20,379 bases of DNA from contig JAVJSW010000082.1 in the NCBI GenBank assembly GCA_040219255.1, forward strand, positions 1 to 20,379, in the 5' to 3' direction. Source of the stretch: Sumerlaeia bacterium (GTDB lineage Bacteria; Sumerlaeota; Sumerlaeia; SLMS01; JAHLLQ01). Under the pieces are notes generated by a model, which worked only from the letters and a program-made list of their open reading frames with translations, ran no database searches and had not been told where the DNA came from. A program made the translations under genes and the position numbers. Shown here piece after piece: positions 7,396-16,056 of this stretch. The first letter of the stretch is position 1. Every line of letters starts with the position of its first letter.

Positions 7396-9107
7396 TGGAG
7401 TCCCCCGCAATGGCGACCGGCACGGAAAGCCGCCCTTCCCAGCCCGCTGCGCGTCGCGGCGTTCCGCTTTGGCGGCGCCCATCGTTTTGGCTCCAGGTGG
7501 CTCTGCTTCCGGCGTTGATTCTCTGCGTTCTGCTGGCGTTCCGCACGATCGGACGCTCGTCATCGAGCCTGGAGTACCCCTTCCAACTCGATCGCGAGGA
7601 AGCGTTCTTGCTGGATCAGGCGCTGCATCTGTCGCGCGGCGAGACGATTTACCCCTCGCTGGACGATTACCCATACACCGTGGGCAACTACCCGCCGGTG
7701 TATCCGATGATCTACGGGGCGGCGATTCGATGGCTTCCGGCGCTTCAACCCTCGCTTCCGGCGGGGCGTTTGCTGGTACTGGTGGCGGGCCTGATCGCGA
7801 TTTCGGTGATCGTGAACGCGATCTTGCGCGACGCGCGGTCGATCGCTCCGGCGCTCCTGGCCGGAGCTCTGGTGTTCATGACCTGGGATGCGTGGAACTG
7901 GATCGCCTTTGCGCGGGTCGATTGGCCGGCTCTGGCGTTGGGGTTGTTGGGCTTGGCCGTCTCCACCAGCCAACGGCGGCGGCCGGCGGCGATCTTTGGC
8001 AGCCTGCTTTTCGCCCTCGCGTTCTTCACGAAGCAGACACAGATTTTGGCGCCCATGGCGGTTTTCGGGGCGTACCTTTGGCGCCGCGAATTCCGCGTCG
8101 CGGCAGAGTTCGCCTTCCTCATGACGGTGTGGGTCGGCGGCGGCCTGGCGTTTCTGACGATCCTGACGGGGGGGCAATTTTTTCGCCACACCGTCCTCTA
8201 TAATGTGAACGCGTTCGATCCCGGTCAGATCGTGTTTTACCTGAAGCACCTCTGGCTATTCGAGCGCTGGCGCCTCGTGGCGACTCTTCTGGCGTTTCTG
8301 TTCGTTCCGCTGGCGGTTTGGCTGTGGCCGGAGCGCGGCGGCGCATCGGAAGAGACCCCCGAGGACAGCGCCCGCAAGAGTCCCGAGCCAACAGTTCTCT
8401 TTCCCGCCGCGGGGATTTACCTGGTGCTGGCGGTGGCCTCCATCGCCAGCACGGGCAAGGCCGGAGCGGCGGTCAATTATCTGCTCGAATTCCACGCGGC
8501 GGCGGCGCTGTTCCTGGGGCTTTGGCTGGCGCGGTGGACGCGTGAAGCGGACGCGGCGGACCCCGCCGTGCGCGCGTCCCGCCTGACGATGGTGGGCCTT
8601 CTGATCCTCTTTCTCAGCGCCCACGCCGTCTGGCACGGCTACGGCCGCGTGCGTCAGGCTTTCCAGGCGGGGGACCTGGACGCCCTGATGCTGGTGTACG
8701 ACGGTGTGCTGCGGCGCGTGGTGATGACGGATGGGCCGGTGCTGTCGGAGGAGCCGATTTTCGTTTTGCTCGCCGAAAAGGACGTCCTGTTCCAGCCCTT
8801 TATCATGAGCCGGCTGGCCGCGGAAGGGGCCTGGGACCAGGCTCCCTTCCTCGAGGACTTAGAATCGGCGAAGTTCGGCCTGATCGTGACAACGCAGGAC
8901 CTTCGCGTGGAAGATCAGTTCTTTCAGGGATTCACGCCGGAGATGCGGCAAGCCATCGTGGACGCCTACGAGTTCGACCGGCAGATCGGCAGCTACTATT
9001 TGTATGTGCCGAAGACGCTGGAGGACACGCCGGACGGCCTGCCGCGCGACCGCTTCATCGTGGGCTGGGGTCCGGTGCCGCCGGGTCGCGGCCTGCCCGC
9101 GGCCTAA
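7395..9107 (+). CDS. Polytopic membrane glycosyltransferase, GT-C fold (ArnT/PMT/GT39-like)
   Basis: About 11-13 hydrophobic segments, with an acidic first loop (DREE) and the motifs YPPVY, ARVD and AFFTKQT. Has a C-terminal soluble domain. The start overlaps the GT9 stop (TGATG). Confidence 0.75.
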   Translation: MESPAMATGTESRPSQPAARRGVPLWRRPSFWLQVALLPALILCVLLAFRTIGRSSSSLEYPFQLDREEAFLLDQALHLSRGETIYPSLDDYPYTVGNYPPVYPMIYGAAIRWLPALQPSLPAGRLLVLVAGLIAISVIVNAILRDARSIAPALLAGALVFMTWDAWNWIAFARVDWPALALGLLGLAVSTSQRRRPAAIFGSLLFALAFFTKQTQILAPMAVFGAYLWRREFRVAAEFAFLMTVWVGGGLAFLTILTGGQFFRHTVLYNVNAFDPGQIVFYLKHLWLFERWRLVATLLAFLFVPLAVWLWPERGGASEETPEDSARKSPEPTVLFPAAGIYLVLAVASIASTGKAGAAVNYLLEFHAAAALFLGLWLARWTREADAADPAVRASRLTMVGLLILFLSAHAVWHGYGRVRQAFQAGDLDALMLVYDGVLRRVVMTDGPVLSEEPIFVLLAEKDVLFQPFIMSRLAAEGAWDQAPFLEDLESAKFGLIVTTQDLRVEDQFFQGFTPEMRQAIVDAYEFDRQIGSYYLYVPKTLEDTPDGLPRDRFIVGWGPVPPGRGLPAA

Positions 9108-9865
9108 CCCCGTCCGCCGACCATCGACATTCCGCCGTCCACCGGCAAACGCACGCCGGTGATGAAGTTCGACTCGATCAGGAAACGGGCGGCATGGGCG
9201 ATGTCTTCGCCGCTGCCCCAGTGCTTGACCAATGTGTTCTCAGCGACTTTGGCCTTTTCCTCGTCACTCGTGCCGGGGGGCGGGATCATGGGGCCGGGGG
9301 CGATGGAATTGACCATGATGTGCGGGGCCAGCTCCTTGGCCAGGGCGCGGGTCAGCGTGTCCAAACCGCCCTTGGCGGCGTGATAGGCGCTGTGGAAACG
9401 ATAGGGCCGAATCACCGCCCAGTCCACGATGTTCACGATGTGGGCGGGGCCGGGGCTGGATCTCCGCAGGAGCGGCAGGGCGAGCTGGGCGCAAAGGAAC
9501 GGACCGTGGAGATTGACTGAGAGGGCCTGGAAGAACGCCTCGTCGGCGATGTCTTCGAAATGGCCTTTGTCAAAGGTGGAAGCGCTGTTGACCAGCGCGT
9601 CCAGGCGGCCGAACTCGGCGTCGATTTCCGAGACGATTCGTGTCACGTCGGTGCGGCGGGTGTGATCGCCCTGAACGACGAGGGCTCGGCGCCCAAGCCG
9701 GTGGATTTCCCCGGCGGTGGCGTCCGCTTCCTCGCGCGAGCTACGGCAGTGGACGACGATGTGGGCGCCGTGGCGGGCGAGTTCGAGAGCGATGGCGCGC
9801 CCGACGCGCTTGGCGCTGCCGGTGATCCAGACGACTTTATCTTCGACGGTGTAGTGTTCGCTCAT
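9104..9865 (-). CDS. Short-chain dehydrogenase/reductase, pteridine reductase (FolM/PTR1)-like
   Basis: True start is ATG 9865 (MSEHYTVEDK), not 10744. Motifs TGSAKRVG, HCRSS, LVNSAS, NIVD (Asp in place of Ser), YHAAK, VNSIAPG and ITGVRLPVDGG. Confidence 0.9.
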   Translation of the reverse strand: MSEHYTVEDKVVWITGSAKRVGRAIALELARHGAHIVVHCRSSREEADATAGEIHRLGRRALVVQGDHTRRTDVTRIVSEIDAEFGRLDALVNSASTFDKGHFEDIADEAFFQALSVNLHGPFLCAQLALPLLRRSSPGPAHIVNIVDWAVIRPYRFHSAYHAAKGGLDTLTRALAKELAPHIMVNSIAPGPMIPPPGTSDEEKAKVAENTLVKHWGSGEDIAHAARFLIESNFITGVRLPVDGGMSMVGGRG

Positions 9866-9936
9866 AATCGTTTCGCAATATGATGGTATGGTGATACGGC
9901 CATGGGCTGCTGCTTTCTGGGCGGCCCGGGCACGGT

Positions 9937-11256
9937 CTATCGCCAGGGCAGCAAGGATCGTCCCGCCGAGGGCAGGGTCACGCCGGCGGTTTGATCTTCC
10001 ACGCCTTCGGGAATCTTGCCGGAGGCCAGGGCGTTGAGAACGGCCTGAGGGCCGCCGCCCTGGGCTTCGATCTGAGCGACGACGCGATAGGCGACGCCGT
10101 AGAAATCGGAGCGGCGGCGGAGTCGGTCGAGGCCCGAGCGTCGGCCGTGGCGATAGCAAAGCTCCTCGGCCATCCATTGGGCGAAGCCTTCGGAGAGGAA
10201 GGGATCGGAGAGGCGGGGGTAGTGCTGATGCTGCCAGGCGTGGGCCATTTCGTGAGCGATCGTTTCCCAGGCGCTGTCTTCCGTCAAGCGATCGACGATC
10301 AGGATTTCGCGCTGGCCAAAGGTGCGGACCCGGAAGAGGCCCATATTGTGGACGGTGCGATCGGGGTCGTCGTTGGCGAGGCCGGTCATGGAGGGATCGG
10401 CGCCGGCCATGGCGGCGTCCAGTTCCTGCTGGCTGACGGCGCGGATTTGGGGGAGGCTGAGGGGTTTGCCGAGGAGGGACTGGAAGTCCTGGGCGAGGGA
10501 CTTGGCGATTTCGCCGTACATGGTCTCGCCGGCGAGGGCGTTGCCGCTGCATCGGGCGCAGTGAAGGCGGCCGTCCGGCAGGGTGGTGGCGGCTGTGCTG
10601 TCCATCGGAACCAAGCAGGAGTCGCAGCGGGGCATGGCGGTGAAACAGGTTTCGCACCATTCGCCGGGGATGTTCTGGAAGCCGTGGATCGAGCCGCTGA
10701 TGGGTTGAGTGCAGAGATCGCAGAAATGGGTCAGGGCGAGGCACTGGCCGCAGAAGGCTTTGCCGGAGCGCAGGGTCAGGTCATCGGCATTGTGTGGTAT
10801 TCCACAGGAAGCACAGGCCGGTTTCGACGTTTTGCAATCGGAGCAAACTTGCGTCTCCTGGCCGGTGGCCGAGCGATAGTTGGTGTACTTGCCCGAGATG
10901 ACGTTGCGGCAGAGGTCGCACCATTGAGCGTCGCGGCGGCATTGATGGCAAAGGACGGCGCCGTTACGGGGGGCGGTGCCTCGGACGGGGATGGTGCAGA
11001 GCGCGCATCGGGCCGAACGCTGGGCGCAAGTTTGACACACATCGACGCCGGGCGCGCCTTGGCGATCGAAGTGTAGGTAGTTGCCGGAAATCCTGGCGCG
11101 GCACATGTCGCAGTCCAGGGCCAGCGCCGGGAAGGAGGGCAAGACGAGGAGGATGGAGAAGAGGGCGGTGAGGAGAAAGGGAAAGCGACGGTGTGGAATG
11201 GCCGGGGCTCCGGAGAGGGATTCTACGGGGCGCAGGCTATGCGAAGAGGACGCCAA
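9937..11256 (-). CDS. Exported Cys-rich (12 CxxC, LIM-like) zinc metallopeptidase, DA1-like
   Basis: Signal peptide RRFPFLLTALFSILLVLPSFPALA|L followed by twelve CxxC motifs. C-terminal TIAHEMAHAW, then SEGFAQW and DFYGVAY. The TTG start is uncertain. Confidence 0.8.
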   Translation of the reverse strand: MASSSHSLRPVESLSGAPAIPHRRFPFLLTALFSILLVLPSFPALALDCDMCRARISGNYLHFDRQGAPGVDVCQTCAQRSARCALCTIPVRGTAPRNGAVLCHQCRRDAQWCDLCRNVISGKYTNYRSATGQETQVCSDCKTSKPACASCGIPHNADDLTLRSGKAFCGQCLALTHFCDLCTQPISGSIHGFQNIPGEWCETCFTAMPRCDSCLVPMDSTAATTLPDGRLHCARCSGNALAGETMYGEIAKSLAQDFQSLLGKPLSLPQIRAVSQQELDAAMAGADPSMTGLANDDPDRTVHNMGLFRVRTFGQREILIVDRLTEDSAWETIAHEMAHAWQHQHYPRLSDPFLSEGFAQWMAEELCYRHGRRSGLDRLRRRSDFYGVAYRVVAQIEAQGGGPQAVLNALASGKIPEGVEDQTAGVTLPSAGRSLLPWR

Positions 11257-11270
11257 AGCTCAACGGAACT

Positions 11271-11777
11271 CTATTGGGCTTCGTCGATGCGGAAGAGAGC
11301 CCACTGGGCGACCCATTGAACCCAGCCGGCTTTGTCGTTTTCCATGCCGGAGAGGGTGGCGACGGCGTCGCGGGCCATGGGGCCGATTTCGCCGAGGGCG
11401 CGGGCGGCGCCCCACCGGACGTTGTCCTCGGGATCGGAGAGGGCGTCGATGAGGCGGGGGACGACGCGGCCGGGGGAGGCGCGGCCGAGGTCGCGGAGGG
11501 CGTGGGCGGCGGCCCACTGGATTGGCTGGTAGGGATCGCGCAGGAGCGCCTTGAGTTGATCGTAGGCGGGAATGGCGGCGTCGCCGGCCATGCCGAGGGC
11601 GCGGGCGGCTGCCCAGCGAATGTTGCGTTCTTTGTCTTCGAGGGCCTCGCGGAGGAACTGCAATCCCCCGGGGGATTGGGCGTGCTCCGCCAGATCCCGC
11701 AGGGCACGATAACTGCGGGCGGGGTTCGGCCCCGAGGCCAAGCGCAGAAGGTCGTTCAGTGTAGTCTGATCGGACAC
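11271..11777 (-). CDS. HEAT/PBS-lyase repeat protein
   Basis: Repeats IRWAAARALG, IQWAAAHALR, VRWGAARALG and VQWVAQWAL. The probable start is GTG 11777 (MSDQTTLNDL), because the 11852 start overlaps the divergent gene. Confidence 0.88.
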   Translation of the reverse strand: MSDQTTLNDLLRLASGPNPARSYRALRDLAEHAQSPGGLQFLREALEDKERNIRWAAARALGMAGDAAIPAYDQLKALLRDPYQPIQWAAAHALRDLGRASPGRVVPRLIDALSDPEDNVRWGAARALGEIGPMARDAVATLSGMENDKAGWVQWVAQWALFRIDEAQ

Positions 11778-11811
11778 GGAAGTCGGCCAGCTCTCATGCA
11801 GGAGTCCAGGA

Positions 11812-12813
11812 ATGCTCAGGAATTGGATACGTAGAGGCCAGCGAGGCGTCAACAGGCTGCTGAGGGTTTGGCTGCCGGTTATGGCGTTGAGCCTGGCGGG
11901 CGCGCCGGCGGTCTTTGGCGAGGACTTTGAGCGGCTGGTGATTCTGGGCGACAGCCTGAGCGATTACGGCAACGCCACGGCGGCGGTGGACGCGGCGGGT
12001 ATCCGGACGGAGTTTCCCCCTTCGCCGCCCTACGCGGAGGGCCGGCTCAGCAACGGGCCGTTGTGGATCGAGCAGTTCGCCGATCAGTGGCCTTTCGCCT
12101 CCGGCGAGCGGGTCAGCTATGCGTTCATCGGCGCCGCGACGGGCCGGGACAACGTGCTCGACAGCACCGGTCAGGTGGACCTGCCGGGCCTGAGGGACGA
12201 GTTGGAGCTTCTGGTGGCGGACTTCCCGGCGAGCGACTCGTTGCGCGGGGCTCTCGTCTCGCTGTGGATCGGGGCCAACGATTACGATTTCACGGAGGAG
12301 GCTCTGGAACTGGTGCCGGGGGTTATCGCCGAGACGCGGGCCGGACTCGAGCTGCTGATCGCCCACGGGGCCGAAACCATCGTGGTGCCGAACTTGCCAA
12401 ACCTGGGGCTGACGCCAAGGGGCGCGATGGCGGCGGACGTGGCGACGGCTATCGCGGTGTCGCACAACCTCGCGCTGGAGATGATGCTGGACGATTTGGC
12501 GCGGACGACGGGAGCGCTCTTGATTTCGGTGGATGTCTTTGATCTGACGCAGCGCATCGCCGCGGACCCCGGCGCCTACGGCTTCACCGATGTCAGCGTG
12601 CCGTGCGTGATCTTCGTGCCGCTCTCGATCTGCGGCGACGCCAGCGGCAAGGTCTTCTTCGATGACCTGCATCCCACAACGAAGGCTCACGGCTTCATCG
12701 CCGAGGAAGCGCTGCGGACGGTGCGCGAGGCGCTGGGCGGTCCGCGAAGCCCGTCGGGGTGGATGCTTTACGGCGTGGCCGTGGGATCGGTGGCGGGGAA
12801 AGCTTCTTCGTAG
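11812..12813 (+). CDS. Exported SGNH/GDSL esterase/lipase
   Basis: AGGAG RBS and a signal peptide. Blocks GDSLSDYG, GRLSNG, YAFIGA, WIGANDY and FFDDLHPT. Confidence 0.93.
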   Translation: MLRNWIRRGQRGVNRLLRVWLPVMALSLAGAPAVFGEDFERLVILGDSLSDYGNATAAVDAAGIRTEFPPSPPYAEGRLSNGPLWIEQFADQWPFASGERVSYAFIGAATGRDNVLDSTGQVDLPGLRDELELLVADFPASDSLRGALVSLWIGANDYDFTEEALELVPGVIAETRAGLELLIAHGAETIVVPNLPNLGLTPRGAMAADVATAIAVSHNLALEMMLDDLARTTGALLISVDVFDLTQRIAADPGAYGFTDVSVPCVIFVPLSICGDASGKVFFDDLHPTTKAHGFIAEEALRTVREALGGPRSPSGWMLYGVAVGSVAGKASS

Positions 12814-13643
12814 GGACGGGGCTCGGCGCCCTGGATCTCGCCGCCGATGCTGGCGGAGGGGTGGACGAAGAGTTCCACGGGGCGTTCGAATTTCAGGCCG
12901 CCTTCGATCTCGACGTCCGGGCCGATCAGGATGCGGGGCGGGCCGGGGGGACTCTGGGGCAGGCGGTCATTGCGGTAGATCGACACGCCCTCCTCGACCT
13001 TTGCGCCATCGGCCAGGGTGATGTCGCCAAAGGCGGACTTCACGCCGCCCTTGACCTTGCCGCCACGGATCGTGATGGCGCCGCTGACGGTGTCGACTTT
13101 GTCCGAGACGCGAACGCCATCCAGGGTCACGGTGCCGGAGATGGATTCGACGCGGCCGCCGACCTTGCTCTCCGGACCAAAGGCGATGTTGCCGGAAAGG
13201 ACCTCGACATTGCGGCTGACGGAAACGTTTTCGCCGCCGGTCACGTTGCCGGAAACGCTTTCGATGGAGCCTTCGACGAAGTTCGATCCGGCGAGGGTCA
13301 CATTGCCGCTGGTCATTTCGATGGGGCCGGTGGAGCCGCCTTCGCCGATTGTCAGATTGCCGCTGACGATGCCGATGCGCCCGACGACGGCGAAGTTGCC
13401 GACTTCCACATTGCCGCTGCCGCTGTCGATGCTGGCGAGGATGGCTCCGTCGGCGATCACGAGGTTGCCCGAGCGGGAGGTGACGCGCTGCTGGGGGTCG
13501 CCTCCGGCGGGAATGAGGAAGGCCTCGGTGGTGACTTGTGTCAGGCCGGGGGGCTGGGAAGGACCGTGGTTGCAGCCGACCACGGCGAGTAGGGCGCACG
13601 CGGCGAGGAGGGTGGGGGCGGAGATGGAAAAAGGCGGCTTCAT
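12768..13643 (-). CDS. Lipoprotein with beta-strand repeats (DUF4097/adhesin-like beta-helix)
   Basis: Start ATG 13643 (MKPPF...LLAVVG|C lipobox). About ten [VI]-x-x-x-SG-[NTA]-[VIL] repeats. C-terminal PPRILIGPDVEIEGGLKFERPVELFVHPSA. Confidence 0.85.
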   Translation of the reverse strand: MKPPFSISAPTLLAACALLAVVGCNHGPSQPPGLTQVTTEAFLIPAGGDPQQRVTSRSGNLVIADGAILASIDSGSGNVEVGNFAVVGRIGIVSGNLTIGEGGSTGPIEMTSGNVTLAGSNFVEGSIESVSGNVTGGENVSVSRNVEVLSGNIAFGPESKVGGRVESISGTVTLDGVRVSDKVDTVSGAITIRGGKVKGGVKSAFGDITLADGAKVEEGVSIYRNDRLPQSPPGPPRILIGPDVEIEGGLKFERPVELFVHPSASIGGEIQGAEPRPYEEAFPATDPTATP

Positions 13644-13677
13644 AGCGCCCGAATGAGAAGCGAGACCCGGGCCGCCG

Positions 13678-14169
13678 TCAATGCCACTGCTCGTCGCCGA
13701 TGATGAGGCCGACGACGGCGGGGCGGCCGTATTCTTCGGCGTACTGTTTGGCAAGGCGGACGGCGCTTTCCTGGTCGGGACAGAGGGCGACGAGGTCGCT
13801 GGTGGGATGCTCGCGGTGGGGCTCCTGGAGAACCATGTGGACGCGGTGGAGCCAATTGCCGCGGGAGGGGACGCCGGGCAGTTCGCGGGCTTTGAGGTCC
13901 TGGGCGCTGCGCTCCCGGTTGTGGGAGGGATGGGCGCAATGGATCATCTGGAAGGTCCAGAGTTGAGCGTAGCCCATGGGGATGATGCTGGTGAGTTCAT
14001 ATCCGTGGTCGATGCGGCTGAGGAGCAGGGACCAGCGGTGGACGGTGCGATTGGTCAAGTAGAAGAAATAGAGGGTTTGGCTGCAATCGCCCTGGATTTC
14101 AAAGGGAGTGCGTCCCGGGAAGGCTTCTCCGGGGATGCCTTCGAAGAAGAAGCGGCTGAGTTGCACCAT
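13678..14169 (-). CDS. Hypothetical cytoplasmic protein, 163 aa
   Basis: Globular-looking composition. Sits 10 nt after the upstream stop and 34 nt before the next start on the same strand. No family recognised. Confidence 0.75.
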   Translation of the reverse strand: MVQLSRFFFEGIPGEAFPGRTPFEIQGDCSQTLYFFYLTNRTVHRWSLLLSRIDHGYELTSIIPMGYAQLWTFQMIHCAHPSHNRERSAQDLKARELPGVPSRGNWLHRVHMVLQEPHREHPTSDLVALCPDQESAVRLAKQYAEEYGRPAVVGLIIGDEQWH

Positions 14170-14179
14170 GGTCCGTGTG

Positions 14180-15814
14180 TCAGTTGCCGTGGCTGGCGGC
14201 GGCGGCGGTTTCGATCAGTTCCTCTGGGTCGACGCTTTCGCCGTAGCGGGCGTAGAGGAGCCACTGGTTGTAGAGGTCGAATTCCTGGTCCGAGGAGAAT
14301 TTCTGGGGCTTGTAGGTGCGGCCGGTGAAGAAATTTTCGACGGTGTGGGAAATATGGGCTTCGGGGCAGCGGTCTCGCAGGCAGATGAGGAGGCGCTTCC
14401 AGGCTTCGAGCGGATCGGCTTTCACGCCGTCGCGGTTCATTTCGATTTCCTGCTCGACGCTGCGGAAGCTGAACTGGCCGGCGCGCAGGCGGTAGTGCTT
14501 GCTGGGCAGGTTGCAGTACAGATCGATGACCGGTTGGCGGTCGAGGCGGCCGGTGGAGAGCAGGCGGACGTGCTCCCAGCGGGCTTTCTTGACGCCGCGC
14601 AGAGTGCTGAGCTTCATGCCCGGTTCGAGGAAATCGAGCTTCAGGACGTCGAAGCGTTTGTGGGGGCGCAGGGCGCGATCGACGGCCACGAAGTAGAGGG
14701 GCTGGGGGATGTCGCGGATTTTGGGGAACATCTCCAGCACGTCGTCGAGGCTGAGGCGGTCGAGAAGAAGTCCCTTACGTTCGACGACGGCAGTCTTGGC
14801 TTCGCCTTCGGTCATGCCGCGGACGCGCTTGAGGGCCTCGGCGACATCGTCGAGGCGTATGCGCTGGCCCGGGGGCAGGAGCAGGGCGAAGCGGGCGCCC
14901 TGAAGGCGGTAGAAGCGCTCCATGGGGGTTTCGTCCTCGCCCCAGCCCTGGTCTTCCACATGGTGGAAGTCTTCGTCGTCGCCCTCGTTGGAGATGACTT
15001 CCGACGGGGGGACGGGGGGGCGCGGGGCGGCGGGCGGCCGGGCGGGGGGATTGGCGCGGCGGTTCGGGGGCGAGGCCATGGTTTCCGCTTCCGAGCCGGG
15101 CTGGCTGAGCATGGCGCCGGGAGTTGGGCCGCCGAAGAGGTCGGGAGGAGGGGGGGCGCCTTGGTCGATGGGGGCGGAAAAATCCCCGGGGCTGGGGGCG
15201 ATGGTGTGCTCGTGGACGTCTTCGATGACGAGGGGGCTGCTGGCGGCGCCGGGGACGTCGCTGGGCGAGAGGGTTTCTTCGGCTCCCAGGATGTAGAGGT
15301 TGTCGGAGTCGAGGGCCTCCATTTCCGGATCGTCTTCTTCGACGTCGGTATCGAGGAGGCTGCGGGGGCCCATGGAGACGGATTGGGGGTTGAGACCGCC
15401 GCGGCGGGGGTCGCGCAAGCCATGGCCATCGGGGAGGGCCTTGAGGATTTCTTCGGCGTCGCGGCGGTCGTTGGCGTTGGGGTCGGTCTTGAGGAATTCC
15501 TCGAGGAAGCGGCGGCAGTCGTGGTTGCGCTTGAGGCGCTGGCAGAGGTGGCCGGCGCTGCGAAGGGCGACATTCCAGGAGGGATGATCGTTCATGTGAA
15601 CGATGAGCTTCTCGTAGGCGTTGAGGGCGAGATCGGGTTCGTTGCCAAGCTCGAGGAGGCGTGCGAGGTCGAATTGCAGGGAAGGCTTGAGGAGTTCGCC
15701 GGGCGCGATGTCCAGCAACTCCTGATAGGCGCGGGCGGCGCCCTGGCTCTCGCGCATAAAGACCGAACGGCTCAGGCGGGCGAGGATGTCATCGCGGCGC
15801 GGATCGTCGCTCAT
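14180..15814 (-). CDS. Hypothetical protein: N-terminal TPR region, acidic/Pro-rich linker, C-terminal folded domains
   Basis: Start ATG 15814 with GGAGG upstream. TPR-like helices (AARAYQELL, ALNAYEKLI, CRRFLEEFL), a long P/D/E-rich linker, then a ribosomal L7/L12-CTD-like segment and a beta-rich domain. Confidence 0.85.
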   Translation of the reverse strand: MSDDPRRDDILARLSRSVFMRESQGAARAYQELLDIAPGELLKPSLQFDLARLLELGNEPDLALNAYEKLIVHMNDHPSWNVALRSAGHLCQRLKRNHDCRRFLEEFLKTDPNANDRRDAEEILKALPDGHGLRDPRRGGLNPQSVSMGPRSLLDTDVEEDDPEMEALDSDNLYILGAEETLSPSDVPGAASSPLVIEDVHEHTIAPSPGDFSAPIDQGAPPPPDLFGGPTPGAMLSQPGSEAETMASPPNRRANPPARPPAAPRPPVPPSEVISNEGDDEDFHHVEDQGWGEDETPMERFYRLQGARFALLLPPGQRIRLDDVAEALKRVRGMTEGEAKTAVVERKGLLLDRLSLDDVLEMFPKIRDIPQPLYFVAVDRALRPHKRFDVLKLDFLEPGMKLSTLRGVKKARWEHVRLLSTGRLDRQPVIDLYCNLPSKHYRLRAGQFSFRSVEQEIEMNRDGVKADPLEAWKRLLICLRDRCPEAHISHTVENFFTGRTYKPQKFSSDQEFDLYNQWLLYARYGESVDPEELIETAAAASHGN

Positions 15815-16056
15815 GGTGCGGCTTCGTCCCTCCAACTTGGCGGTTTCCCATCGGTGGGTGGTGACTCCGGGGGAAAAGCGTCTCGACTTCCACAGGGGAA
15901 GAATAAGAGGAATTTTCCGGTTCCTGGAGTGAAATCAAGGGAAAGGCGGAGCCGATGGTCCGATTTTTCCCCTCACCAGTTCTTCCTCAGGTGTACAGGA
16001 AGAGATGGGAATCCTTCAATATGAATCGAAATTTCTAGGGCGCGAAAGCGGGCGGG

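Noticed and set aside
9866-10744. 293-aa N-terminal extension of the SDR in the ORF track (546 aa)
   Set aside because: It is Arg/Pro-rich off-frame translation overlapping the DA1-like gene on the same strand. SDR motifs begin only after ATG 9865.
14108-16024. 638-aa + strand ORF (also 13681..14328, 12759..13592 and 9991..11076)
   Set aside because: These are antisense shadows of well-supported minus-strand genes.
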